A stretch of DNA of 41,619 bases, from contig JBEPZV010000020.1 in NCBI GenBank assembly GCA_041640655.1, positions 781 to 42,399 on the forward strand, written 5' to 3'. A model generated the notes under the pieces. The model was given only the letters and a program-made list of their open reading frames with translations, did not search any database and had not been told where the DNA came from. Source of the DNA: a bacterium. Lineage in GTDB: Bacteria; Acidobacteriota; Blastocatellia; HR10. The position numbers were made by a program, and so were the translations under genes. Positions 1 through 9,157 of the stretch are shown in pieces; positions within the stretch are counted from its first letter, which is position 1; each line of letters starts with the position of its first letter.

Positions 1-228
1 CTCGAAGACCGTTCGGAGTCGCTCGATGACATCTCGCACCGAGCGCATTCCCACCGCGACATTCTCCGGGATGGAGACCTTGAACTCCTCCTCCAGCTCG
101 AAGACGATCTCCAGGCCCTTGAGGGAATCCACACCTAACTCCTCAAACGTCGCTTCCGGATGCACCCGCTCCGGATCGAGCTGACACGCGCGCGCGATCG
201 CTCGAATCACTCTCTCCTGTACGTTCAT
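1..228 (-). CDS. Acyl carrier protein (3' end runs off the window)
   Basis: Not in the ORF track. Manual translation from ATG at 228: MNVQERVIRAIARACQLDPERVHPEATFEELGVDSLKGLEIVFELEEEFKVSIP...; contains the LGxDSL phosphopantetheine motif and the ELEEEF..IP ACP signature. Confidence 0.9.
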   Translation of the reverse strand, partial: MNVQERVIRAIARACQLDPERVHPEATFEELGVDSLKGLEIVFELEEEFKVSIPENVAVGMRSVRDVIERLRTVFE

Positions 229-261
229 AGTCGCTCTCACTCGATCGTGGTGTGAGCCTCT

Positions 262-290
262 TTAATATCGCAAATCGCTGGCGAAGTCAA
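262..290 (-). promoter_or_regulatory. Putative sigma70 promoter for the ACP gene
   Basis: Minus strand TTGACT-N17-TATTAA; the -10 lacks the final T. Confidence 0.5.
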
Positions 291-416
291 CGTTCGACCG
301 GATGATCTGCCCCCTGTGCGCAGCCGGGGACGCGACGGTGAGCGGACCCGCTCCCGATGCTCAGAATGGAAGGCGGAGAGCGCCCCCGAGAGGGGTGGCA
401 TTGGGCCTTCGGTTGA

Positions 417-445
417 TTGACATCCCCAATCGGTTCGTCTATAGT
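417..445 (+). promoter_or_regulatory. Sigma70 promoter of the nuo operon
   Basis: TTGACA(417-422)-N17-TATAGT(440-445), followed by GGAGGA/GGAGAA SD-like sites before ATG 482. Confidence 0.85.
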
Positions 446-481
446 TACCTTTTGTTTCGGGAGGATTCGGAGAACGCCGGG

Positions 482-862
482 ATGACCGAGACGGTGCATT
501 TTCTGCCAATCCTGCTGACTCTCGTGATCGCGACGGGGCTCGCCGTGGCTCTGGCGTTCGCGCCGCGACTTCTGGCGGTGCGGCGACCGACGCCGGAGAA
601 GATGATCCCCTACGAGTGTGGCAAGGACCCGATCGGATCGGCGCGAGAGCGGTTCTCGGTCGCGTTCTATCTGGTGGCGATGATCTTCATCCTCTTCGAC
701 ATCGAGGCGATCTTCCTCATCCCGTGGGGGGTCGTCTTTCGCGATCTCGCGCGCGAGACGTCCGGGGGATTTGTCTTCGCGGAGATGCTGGTCTTCCTCG
801 GCGTCCTGATCGCGGGATACGTGTACGCCTGGAAGAAGGGCGTGTTCGATTGGAATCGGTGA
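482..862 (+). CDS. nuoA: NADH-quinone oxidoreductase subunit A
   Basis: [16 protein letters not shown] and [10 protein letters not shown] motifs. Start moved from 302 to 482 because the promoter and SD lie inside the longer ORF. Confidence 0.95.
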   Translation: MTETVHFLPILLTLVIATGLAVALAFAPRLLAVRRPTPEKMIPYECGKDPIGSARERFSVAFYLVAMIFILFDIEAIFLIPWGVVFRDLARETSGGFVFAEMLVFLGVLIAGYVYAWKKGVFDWNR

Positions 863-866
863 GCGT

Positions 867-1388
867 ATGGGTGAGGCAGGGGAGAAAACCGGGGTTCCGG
901 AGATCATCACGGCGCGCTTTGAGGATTTGGTGAAATGGGCGCGCAAATCGAGCTTGTGGCCGATGCAGTTCGGCTTGGCCTGCTGCGCCATCGAGATGAT
1001 GGCCATGATCGCCTCGCGCAATGATATCGCGCGATTTGGGGCGGAAGTCTTTCGCGGATCGCCCCGACAATCGGACGTGATGATCGTCGCCGGGCGCGTC
1101 TCGCAGAAGATGGCGCCGGTGGTGCGCCGGCTCTATGAGCAGATGCCCGAGCCGAAATGGGTCATCGCCATGGGCGTCTGCGCCTCGGCCGGGGGGATGT
1201 TCGACAACTATGCCATCGTGCAGGGGGTGGACAAGGTGATCCCCGTGGACATCTACGTGCCGGGATGCCCCCCGCGACCCGAGATGCTCATCTACGGGAT
1301 CATGAAGCTTCAGGAGAAGATCGAGCGGGAGCGGTTGCGCCGCCGCGCGGCTGTGGACGAGGAGGCAGTGGTGGTGAGCGCTCGCTGA
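867..1388 (+). CDS. nuoB: NADH-quinone oxidoreductase subunit B
   Basis: [15 protein letters not shown] and [10 protein letters not shown] (N2 cluster ligands). Confidence 0.97.
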   Translation: MGEAGEKTGVPEIITARFEDLVKWARKSSLWPMQFGLACCAIEMMAMIASRNDIARFGAEVFRGSPRQSDVMIVAGRVSQKMAPVVRRLYEQMPEPKWVIAMGVCASAGGMFDNYAIVQGVDKVIPVDIYVPGCPPRPEMLIYGIMKLQEKIERERLRRRAAVDEEAVVVSAR

Positions 1389-1413
1389 GTCGGAGCGCGT
1401 GTGCGAACGCCTT

Positions 1414-1887
1414 ATGGAGGGGCAGGAACATCGGACGCCACGTCACATCTTCCAGCAGCGATTCGGGCCGCATATTGTGGAAGCGAAGGAGCAATGGGGG
1501 GAGCTGACCTTCGTCATCGCCCGCGAAGCGCTCATTGAGATCTGTCAGGCCCTGCGCGATGATCCCGCCTTCGACTACAAGATGCTCGTGGACCTCTGCG
1601 GCGTGGATCGCGGCGTAGGCGCCGATCCCCGGTTCGAGGTGGTCTATCATCTCTATTCCCTCACGCATCGGCATCGGCTTCGCCTGAAAGTGCGGGTGAA
1701 CGAGGAGGAAGCGGTGCCTTCGGTGACGGGCATCTGGCCGAATGCGAACTGGTACGAGCGGGAGGTGTATGATATGTTCGGCGTGCGGTTCGAGGGGCAT
1801 CCCGAATTGCGGCGGTTGCTGATGCCGGAGGACTGGGAGGGGTATCCGCTGCGGAAGGATTATCCGCTGCGGGGGTATCGAGGGTGA
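1414..1887 (+). CDS. nuoC: NADH-quinone oxidoreductase subunit C
   Basis: RFEVVYHL, WYEREVYDMFG and GYPLRKDYPL. Start may be 1399 (GTG) or 1414 (ATG). Confidence 0.95.
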   Translation: MEGQEHRTPRHIFQQRFGPHIVEAKEQWGELTFVIAREALIEICQALRDDPAFDYKMLVDLCGVDRGVGADPRFEVVYHLYSLTHRHRLRLKVRVNEEEAVPSVTGIWPNANWYEREVYDMFGVRFEGHPELRRLLMPEDWEGYPLRKDYPLRGYRG

Positions 1888-1890
1888 CGC

Positions 1891-3099
1891 ATGGCGGAAT
1901 CGGAGGTCCTGCTGGAGGTCCGGCGCAATCCGCTGGAGACCACGATGATGGTGAATATGGGGCCGCAGCATCCGTCCACGCACGGGGTGTTGCGGCTCGT
2001 GCTCACCCTGGAGGGCGAGCGCGTCGTGGACGCCAAGCCCGACATCGGGTATCTCCACACGGGGATGGAGAAGCTGGCCGAGTACAAGAAGTACCAGCAC
2101 GTGATCACGATCACGGATCGCACCGATTATCTCAACGCGATGGGGAACAATCTCGGCTACGTCCTGGCCGTGGAGAAGATGTTGGGCGTAGAGGTCCCGC
2201 CGCGTGCGCAAGTCATTCGGGTGATGATGGCCGAGCTGCAGCGGATCGCGAGCCACCTGGTGTGGATCGGGACGCATGGCTTGGACCTCGGGGCGATGAG
2301 CCTGTTCTTCTACGCCTTCGCCGAGCGAGAGAAGATCCTGCAGCTGTTCGAGGCGGTGTCGGGAGGGCGGCTCACGCCGAGTTACCTGCGCATCGGGGGG
2401 GTCATGGCCGATCTGCCCGAGGGGTTCACCGCGCGCGTTCTCGACTTTTGTCGGGAGTTCCCGCGGGCGCTGGAGGAATTCGATACGCTCTTGACCCACA
2501 ACCCGATCTTTCGCATGCGGACTGAGGGCGTGGGGCGATTGAGCGCCGAGGAGGCCATTCGCTGGGGCGTGACGGGGCCGAGTTTGCGCGCTTCCGGTGT
2601 CCCATATGATCTGCGGCGCGTCCACCCTTACAGTGGCTATGAGACCTACGATTTCGAAGTGCCCACGCGCACCGAGGGCGACGTCTACGCCCGCTATCTC
2701 GTGCGCGTGCAGGAGATGCGCGAGTCGCTGAAGATCATTCGCCAGGCCGTGGAGAAGTTGCCGCCGGGGCCGGTCAAATGCGACGATCCGCGCGTCTCGC
2801 TGCCCCCGCGCGAGAAGATGCTCACGCAAATGGATGCCCTCATCTATCATTTCCTGCTCACGGCCGAGGGATTGAAGGTGCCTCCGGGCGAAGTCTACGT
2901 CGCCGTCGAGAGTCCGCGCGGGGAACTCGGCTACTACATCGTGAGCGATGGCGGCCCCATGCCCTATCGCGTCCACATCCGCGCGCCCTCGTTCGCGAAC
3001 GTCCAAGCTCTGCCCCTCATGGTGCGCGGACAATTGATCGCCGATGTCGTGGCCGTGATCGCGAGCCTTGATATTGTGCTCGGCGAGATTGATCGGTGA
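1891..3099 (+). CDS. nuoD: NADH-quinone oxidoreductase subunit D
   Basis: NMGPQHPSTHGVLRL, GYLHTGMEK, ESPRGE and C-terminal LGEIDR. Confidence 0.97.
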   Translation: MAESEVLLEVRRNPLETTMMVNMGPQHPSTHGVLRLVLTLEGERVVDAKPDIGYLHTGMEKLAEYKKYQHVITITDRTDYLNAMGNNLGYVLAVEKMLGVEVPPRAQVIRVMMAELQRIASHLVWIGTHGLDLGAMSLFFYAFAEREKILQLFEAVSGGRLTPSYLRIGGVMADLPEGFTARVLDFCREFPRALEEFDTLLTHNPIFRMRTEGVGRLSAEEAIRWGVTGPSLRASGVPYDLRRVHPYSGYETYDFEVPTRTEGDVYARYLVRVQEMRESLKIIRQAVEKLPPGPVKCDDPRVSLPPREKMLTQMDALIYHFLLTAEGLKVPPGEVYVAVESPRGELGYYIVSDGGPMPYRVHIRAPSFANVQALPLMVRGQLIADVVAVIASLDIVLGEIDR

Positions 3100-3111
3100 G
3101 AGGCGAATCAG

Positions 3112-3582
3112 ATGGGCATGCTTTCGGCCGAGGCGGAGAAGAAGATTCGGGAGATCATCGCGCGGTATCCGGTGAAGCGATCGGCCCTGCTGCCGGTGCT
3201 CTTCGTCGTGCAGCAGGAGCTGGGGTATCTGCCTGATGAGGCGCTCGAGGAGGTCGCGCGATGGCTTGATCTGACCTTCCTGGATGTGGCGACGACCGTC
3301 AGTTTCTACACGATGTTTCATCGGCGCCCGATCGGGCGGTATCACATTCAGATCTGTCGCAACGTCTCCTGTTACCTCTGCGGGGGCGAGGCCATCCGCG
3401 AGCATTTGGAGGAGCGCTTGGGGATTCGCTGCGGGGAGACGACGGCCGATGGCCGGTTCACGCTGAGTGAGGTCGAGTGCATCGGGGCGTGCAGTTGGGC
3501 GCCGGCCATGCAGATCAATTTCACGTTCTATCACCATCTGACGCCGGAGCGCGTGGATGAGATCCTCCGGTCGCTTCCGTGA
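3112..3582 (+). CDS. nuoE: NADH-quinone oxidoreductase subunit E
   Basis: SFYTMF, CRNVSC...ECIGAC 2Fe-2S (N1a) motif. Confidence 0.95.
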   Translation: MGMLSAEAEKKIREIIARYPVKRSALLPVLFVVQQELGYLPDEALEEVARWLDLTFLDVATTVSFYTMFHRRPIGRYHIQICRNVSCYLCGGEAIREHLEERLGIRCGETTADGRFTLSEVECIGACSWAPAMQINFTFYHHLTPERVDEILRSLP

Positions 3583-3592
3583 GGAGGGGGGT

Positions 3593-4900
3593 ATGGAGAA
3601 GGTGCGCGTGCTCAGCGCGCGATTCGATCTCCCGGATTCGCATACGATCGAGGTCTATCTGCGAACGGGGGGGTATCAAGCGTTGCGGAAGGCGCTCACG
3701 GAGATGACGCCCGAAGAGGTCATCGAGGAGGTGAAGCGCTCGGCCTTGCGCGGACGCGGAGGGGCGGGCTTCTCGACCGGGATGAAGTGGAGCTTTGTGC
3801 CCCGGGACTCCGACAAGCCCAAGTACGTCATCGCCAACGCCGATGAGAGCGAGCCCGGGACGTGCAAGGATCGCGTCTTGATGGAGAAGGATCCCCATGC
3901 GGTGATCGAGGGGATTCTGCTGGCCGCATACGCCGTGGACGCGCATCTGGCGTTCATCTATATTCGCGGCGAGTATTGGTACCTCAAGGAGCGCTTGGAG
4001 CGCGCCATTGAGGAAGCGCGGGAGCGCGGGTTCGTCGGCGCGAACATCCTGGGGAGCGGGTTCTCCTGCGAGATCATCGTCCATCCGGGCGCCGGGGCGT
4101 ACATCTGCGGCGAGGAGACGGCGCTCATGGAGTCGCTCGAGGGGAAGCGGGGGTATCCGCGCATCAAGCCACCGTTTCCGGCCGTGGTGGGCCTCTACGG
4201 CTGCCCGACGGTGATCAATAACGTGGAGACGTTGGCCTCGGTGCCGCCCATCATCCTCCATGGTGGGGATTGGTTCCGACAACTGGGGACGGAGAAGAGC
4301 GGCGGAACGCGCCTGTTCGCCGTGAGCGGCCATGTGGCGCGGCCAGGGGTGTATGAGCTGCCGATGGGGTATCCGATGAAGCGCATGATCGAGGAGGACT
4401 GCGGGGGGATTCGTGGGGGGAAGCGCTTGAAGGCGGTGATCCCCGGGGGCTCCTCGGCGCCGATCCTGACGGCTGAGGAGGTCGAGCAGTGCACGCTCGA
4501 TTTCGAATCGCTGGCGGCGCTCAAGTCCATGCTCGGCAGTGGCGCCATCATCGTCATGGATGAGGACACGGACATCGCGCAGGTCGTCTATCGGATCACG
4601 AAGTTCTACGAGCACGAATCCTGCGGTTGGTGCGTGCCCTGCCGCGAGGGGACGCGCTGGATGCGGAAACTGCTGGAGCGCCTCCTCAGTGGGGGAGGGC
4701 GACCCAAGGATCTTGACCTCCTCTACGAACTGGCGCGCAACATCTTCGGCACGACGCATTGTCCGCTGGGGGATGCGGCGGCCTGGGCCGTCTATCCGGC
4801 CATCGAGAAATTCCGCGCCGATTTCGAGAAGTATGTGCGCGCGCCGGTCGTCTCGGCGGAGCTCCCGGAGGTCGAGGCGCCGCGCCGCTTGACTGTGTGA
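3593..4900 (+). CDS. nuoF: NADH-quinone oxidoreductase subunit F
   Basis: LRGRGGAGF, NADESEPGT, GAGAYICGEETAL and ESCGWCVPCREG. ATG 3593 follows a GAGGAGG SD. Confidence 0.97.
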   Translation: MEKVRVLSARFDLPDSHTIEVYLRTGGYQALRKALTEMTPEEVIEEVKRSALRGRGGAGFSTGMKWSFVPRDSDKPKYVIANADESEPGTCKDRVLMEKDPHAVIEGILLAAYAVDAHLAFIYIRGEYWYLKERLERAIEEARERGFVGANILGSGFSCEIIVHPGAGAYICGEETALMESLEGKRGYPRIKPPFPAVVGLYGCPTVINNVETLASVPPIILHGGDWFRQLGTEKSGGTRLFAVSGHVARPGVYELPMGYPMKRMIEEDCGGIRGGKRLKAVIPGGSSAPILTAEEVEQCTLDFESLAALKSMLGSGAIIVMDEDTDIAQVVYRITKFYEHESCGWCVPCREGTRWMRKLLERLLSGGGRPKDLDLLYELARNIFGTTHCPLGDAAAWAVYPAIEKFRADFEKYVRAPVVSAELPEVEAPRRLTV

Positions 4901-4913
4901 GGGAGGGGCGAGT

Positions 4914-7199
4914 ATGGAGACCGTGAAGGTGATCATCAATGGGAAGGAGGTCGAGGCGCCGAGGGGGAAGTTGCTTCTGGAAGTCTGTTTCGATGCGGGC
5001 TTCCCGATCCCGAATTTCTGCTATTACAAGGACCTGCCGCCGCAGGCCGCGTGCCGCATGTGCCTGGTGCGGATCGAGAAGATGGGCCGATTGCAAACGG
5101 CCTGCACCGTGCGGGTGAGCGAGGGGATGGTTGTGACGACCGAGAGCGAGGAGATCCGGCAGGCGCGCCAGGCGATGGTGGATTTCATCCTGGCGAACCA
5201 TCCGCTCGATTGTCCCGTGTGCGATAAAGGGGGGGAGTGCGAGCTGCAGTGGATGGCGATGAACTACGGCGATCTGCTCGCCCGCTTCGATGAGCAGAAG
5301 GATGCGACCGGCGAATATCCGCTCAGCCCCTTCATCTGGCTCGATCCGCAACGATGCATCCTCTGCTACCGATGTATTCGCGTGTGCGATGAGTGGGTGG
5401 GGAATCATGCGCTGGGGGTGCGCGGTCGTGGCGCGCACAGCGTGATCGTGGGGAATCGCGCGGATGGGACGCTGGAGTGCGAGCATTGTGGCAACTGCGT
5501 GGAAGTGTGCCCCGTGGGCGCGCTGACGAGCGCCGATTTTCGGTTCCGCGCGCGGCCGTGGGACATCCGCGATACGGTGACGACCTGCACGTATTGCTCC
5601 GATGGTTGCCAATTGCGGCTGAGCGTGCGCGATGGTCGGGTCGTGCGGGCGTGGGCCAAGGACTTGACGAAGATGGACGCGGAATTCGCGAACAAGGTCC
5701 TCTTCAGCTTCAGGACAGCGCCTGAGACGCGGCACAACTGGATCAACGAGGAGTTCCTCTGCGTGAAGGGCCGCTATGGGAACGCGTTCGTCAACAGTCC
5801 GGACCGACTGACGGTGCCGCTTGTGCGTCGCAACGGGCGTTTGGAGCCGACCACGTGGGAGGAGGCGCTCCGGCAGGTCGCACAGCGAGTGCTGGAGATC
5901 AAGCGGACGTACGGACCCGAGAGCATCGCGTGCATCGGCTCGCCGCGGCTGACCAACGAGGACCTCTACATCTTGGCGAAGTTCGGGCGAGAGGTCGTGG
6001 AGACGCCCGTGGTGACGCATGCCATGGATGTCGACTGGCGGCCATTCTTCCGGCGGCTGACGGTGCCGCTGCTGACGCAGCCCATGTTGCGCGAAGAGAT
6101 GCGGACCATTCTGCTCATTGGGGGGAACCCGCCGGAGTACAATCCGCTGACGGCCTACAGCCTGCGCGCGGCGGTTCATCGGCGCGGGGCGCAACTGTTC
6201 ATCGTTGGCGCGCGCCCGCTCAGTCGGATGCGCGTCGCGACGCGATTCTTCCACATTCGTCCGGGATCGGAAGCGGCGGTATTGCTGGCGCTGCTGGATG
6301 AAGGTGAGGTGGAGCGCGCGGCCGAGGCGACGCTGCTGACCCGCGAGGAGGTGGAGGCGTTGCGACGCATCGTGTGGGAGTCCGATCGCCTGGCCGTGCT
6401 CATCAGTCGAGAGGTGACGGGTGCGGCCTTGGAAGCCGCCGCCGTCCTGGGGGGGATCCTGGCGGCCGAAGGCGGACGCCAGGTGCGCGTGCTGCCGCTG
6501 CTGCGCTTCAACAACTCGCTCGGGGCTCTCGACATGGGTCTGACGGCGGATCTGCCCGCGCCCGAGCAGGTGGGCTCGCAGATCAAGGCGCTCTATCTCA
6601 TGGGCTGCGATCTGGTGCGCTTTTACGGAGACGTCTGGCGCGAGGCGCTGGCGCGGGCGGAACTGGTCGTCGCGCACGAGCTGTTTCTGACGCGCACGGC
6701 TGAGATGGCGCACGTCGTGCTCCCGGCCATGAGCTTCGCCGAGCTGGATGGCACATTCACCAACAACGCGGGGCAGGTGCAGCGGATTCGGCGCGCGCTC
6801 AGTGCCACGGGCGATTGGCGCCCCGATTGGATGATCATTGATCAAATCGCGGCGAAGATGGGCGTGGATCTGGGCTGTCGTCGTTCGGTGGCGAATATCT
6901 TCCGCGAGATCGCCGAGACGGTCCCCGGCTATCAGGGGATCACCTACGCGCGCTTGAACGAGGAGGGGGCCATTCAGACGGAGCGACCGCTGGTTCCCCT
7001 GACGGCCATTGATCGCGGGAAGCTCTTGGAGCGGTTGCGCGCGCAGGTCGCGGCGATTGATCGCGCGGCGGAGCGCCTCCGGGAGCCGGCGCCGCTCGGG
7101 GAGGGCCTCTTCGAGCCGGGGACGCTCACCGAGCACGTCCCCCTCTTGCGGAAGGCCTTCGGATGGGAGGAGCGCGAGCGGGTCGAAGCCTCGCGCTGA
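4914..7199 (+). CDS. nuoG: NADH-quinone oxidoreductase subunit G
   Basis: N-terminal 2Fe-2S motif (FCY..ACRMC..TAC), HPLDCPVCDKGGEC, ferredoxin motifs and a molybdopterin-oxidoreductase-like C-terminus; position between nuoF and nuoH. Confidence 0.93.
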   Translation: METVKVIINGKEVEAPRGKLLLEVCFDAGFPIPNFCYYKDLPPQAACRMCLVRIEKMGRLQTACTVRVSEGMVVTTESEEIRQARQAMVDFILANHPLDCPVCDKGGECELQWMAMNYGDLLARFDEQKDATGEYPLSPFIWLDPQRCILCYRCIRVCDEWVGNHALGVRGRGAHSVIVGNRADGTLECEHCGNCVEVCPVGALTSADFRFRARPWDIRDTVTTCTYCSDGCQLRLSVRDGRVVRAWAKDLTKMDAEFANKVLFSFRTAPETRHNWINEEFLCVKGRYGNAFVNSPDRLTVPLVRRNGRLEPTTWEEALRQVAQRVLEIKRTYGPESIACIGSPRLTNEDLYILAKFGREVVETPVVTHAMDVDWRPFFRRLTVPLLTQPMLREEMRTILLIGGNPPEYNPLTAYSLRAAVHRRGAQLFIVGARPLSRMRVATRFFHIRPGSEAAVLLALLDEGEVERAAEATLLTREEVEALRRIVWESDRLAVLISREVTGAALEAAAVLGGILAAEGGRQVRVLPLLRFNNSLGALDMGLTADLPAPEQVGSQIKALYLMGCDLVRFYGDVWREALARAELVVAHELFLTRTAEMAHVVLPAMSFAELDGTFTNNAGQVQRIRRALSATGDWRPDWMIIDQIAAKMGVDLGCRRSVANIFREIAETVPGYQGITYARLNEEGAIQTERPLVPLTAIDRGKLLERLRAQVAAIDRAAERLREPAPLGEGLFEPGTLTEHVPLLRKAFGWEERERVEASR

Positions 7200-7238
7200 C
7201 GCCATCTCCGCCGGCGGAGTCGTCGGGAGGAAGGGAGG

Positions 7239-8255
7239 ATGGGGTTGATCGTCGAGGCGGCGATCAAGATCGTCATCGTCTTTGGCGTCGTGCTCACGTT
7301 CCTCGCCTATCTGGCGCTCTTTGAGCGGAAGGTCCTGGGATGGATTCAGCTCCGCTACGGTCCGAATCGCGTCGGTCCGTGGGGGTTGTTGCAACCGCTG
7401 GCCGATCTGCTGAAATTCCTCTTCAAGGAGGACGTGCGACCGAATACGCCCAATCCCGTCCTCTTCACCATGGCGCCCATTCTGGCGCTCGTCCCGGCGC
7501 TCATGACCTATGCCGTGATCCCGTTCGGCGATCGGATCGTGCTGTTCGGTCGCGAGATCACGCTCTACATCACTAGCGTCAACGTGGGACTGCTCTATCT
7601 CTTCGCCTTGAGCGGACTCGGCGTTTACGGGATCGTGCTCGCCGGATGGGCGTCCAACAGCAAATATTCGCTGCTTGGGGGATTGCGCTCGGCCGCGCAG
7701 ATGATCAGCTACGAGCTGACGCTCACGCTCTCGGTCGTCGGCGTGCTCATCCAGGCGGGCTCGCTCGATCTGGTCGAGATCGTGCGGGCGCAATCGGGGA
7801 CATATTGGGGGATCATCCCGAGATGGCACGTCTTCTGGTATCAACCGCTCGGCTTCCTGCTCTTCTTCATCGCGGCCATCGCCGAGACCAATCGCGTACC
7901 GTTCGATCTGCCGGAGGCGGAGACGGAACTAGTCGCGGGCTATCACACGGAATATTCAGCGACGAAGTTCGCCATGTTCTACGTGGCTGAATATGCGAAC
8001 ATTCTCGCCGTCTCGGCCCTGGCGACGACGCTCTTTCTCGGGGGGTGGAACGGTCCGGGCGTGGCGCACGCGCCGCTGCTGGGGGTCGTCTATTTCGCGG
8101 CGAAGACGGCCGTGTTCCTCTTCATCTATATCTGGCTGCGCGCGACCTTGCCCCGCTTCCGATACGATCAATTGATGCGGTTCGGATGGAAGGTGCTCGT
8201 GCCTCTGGCATTCGCGAACGTCGTGTTCTCTTCGGCGATGGCCGTGGTCGTATGA
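7239..8255 (+). CDS. nuoH: NADH-quinone oxidoreductase subunit H
   Basis: ERKVLG..Q.RYGPNRVGPWGLLQ, AETNRVPFDLPEAETEL and LPRFRYDQLM. Confidence 0.97.
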   Translation: MGLIVEAAIKIVIVFGVVLTFLAYLALFERKVLGWIQLRYGPNRVGPWGLLQPLADLLKFLFKEDVRPNTPNPVLFTMAPILALVPALMTYAVIPFGDRIVLFGREITLYITSVNVGLLYLFALSGLGVYGIVLAGWASNSKYSLLGGLRSAAQMISYELTLTLSVVGVLIQAGSLDLVEIVRAQSGTYWGIIPRWHVFWYQPLGFLLFFIAAIAETNRVPFDLPEAETELVAGYHTEYSATKFAMFYVAEYANILAVSALATTLFLGGWNGPGVAHAPLLGVVYFAAKTAVFLFIYIWLRATLPRFRYDQLMRFGWKVLVPLAFANVVFSSAMAVVV

Positions 8256-8285
8256 GAGCGAGATTCCCGCAAGGCGAGGGACGAT

Positions 8286-8324
8286 GGGGGCCTCGGGCGC
8301 TCTGGGCGAGCGCGCGAGGCTCCC
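8286..8324 (+). other. GC-rich intergenic stem-loop between nuoH and nuoJ
   Basis: GGGGGCCTCG-g-GCGCTC-tgggc-GAGCGC-g-CGAGGCTCCC: 16 pairs (one G-U), one mismatch, no U-tail. Confidence 0.6.
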
Positions 8325-8337
8325 GTGGGAGGGGGGT

Positions 8338-8832
8338 ATGGAGCGCGCGCTCTTTCTGATCTTCGCGCTCACGGCCATTGTGGCCGCGCTGAACGTCCTG
8401 CTGCGGCGGCATCCGCTGCAGAGCGTCCTGGCGCTCCTGGTCGTGCTCGGGGCGCTCACGGGGCTCTACATCTTGCTCGGCGCCTACTTCCTGGCCATGA
8501 TTCAGGTCGTGATCTACGCCGGCGCCATCCTCGTGCTCTTCCTCTTCGTCATCATGCTGCTCAATCTTCGGGCGGAGGAGGCGCGGCTGGAGCGCCGTCC
8601 GCTCTTGCGATGGCTCGCCGTTCCTTTCGCCGCGCTCCTCGGCGTGGAGATCGTCTACCTGGTGCGCCTCTTCGAGGAGAATCCCGTTCCTTCGGGGACG
8701 AGTGTGGGCGTGACCGAATCCATCGGGCGCGAGCTGTTCACGACGTATCTGCTGCCGTTCGAGCTCACCTCGATCCTGATCCTCATCGCCCTGTTGGGCG
8801 CGGTCGTCTTGGCGCGGAGGGAGGGACGATGA
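8338..8832 (+). CDS. nuoJ: NADH-quinone oxidoreductase subunit J
   Basis: FLAMIQVVIYAGAILVLFLFVIMLL and YLLPFELTSILIL; G-rich SD before ATG 8338. Confidence 0.95.
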   Translation: MERALFLIFALTAIVAALNVLLRRHPLQSVLALLVVLGALTGLYILLGAYFLAMIQVVIYAGAILVLFLFVIMLLNLRAEEARLERRPLLRWLAVPFAALLGVEIVYLVRLFEENPVPSGTSVGVTESIGRELFTTYLLPFELTSILILIALLGAVVLARREGR

Positions 8833-9137
8833 CGACGATTCCCATCTCCTGGTATCTGGCGGTCGCGGCCGTGCTCTTCACGATCGGCACGGTCACGGTC
8901 TTCGTCAAGCGGAATGCGATCGTGATGCTGCTGGGGATCGAGCTGATGTTGAACGCGGCCAATCTCACGCTGGTCACCTTCTCCAGTTACTTCCGCGAGC
9001 TGGCGGGGCAGATCATGGTCTTCTTCGTCATGGTCGTGGCGGCGGCCGAGGCCGCTGTGGGATTGGCCATTGTCGTGTTGCTCTTCCGGCATCGCGAGAC
9101 GTTGAACGTGGATGAGGCGCAGTTGTTGAAACTCTGA
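8829..9137 (+). CDS. nuoK: NADH-quinone oxidoreductase subunit K
   Basis: IELMLNAANL and VAAAEAAVGLA; ATGA overlap with the nuoJ stop. It is the C-terminal part of track ORF 8325..9137. Confidence 0.95.
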   Translation: MTTIPISWYLAVAAVLFTIGTVTVFVKRNAIVMLLGIELMLNAANLTLVTFSSYFRELAGQIMVFFVMVVAAAEAAVGLAIVVLLFRHRETLNVDEAQLLKL

Positions 9138-9157
9138 CGCGCGGGAGGGGAGGGGGG

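Noticed and set aside
302..481. N-terminal extension of NuoA starting MICPLC
   Set aside because: A near-consensus promoter (417-445) and SD lie inside it; ATG 482 gives a normal-length NuoA.
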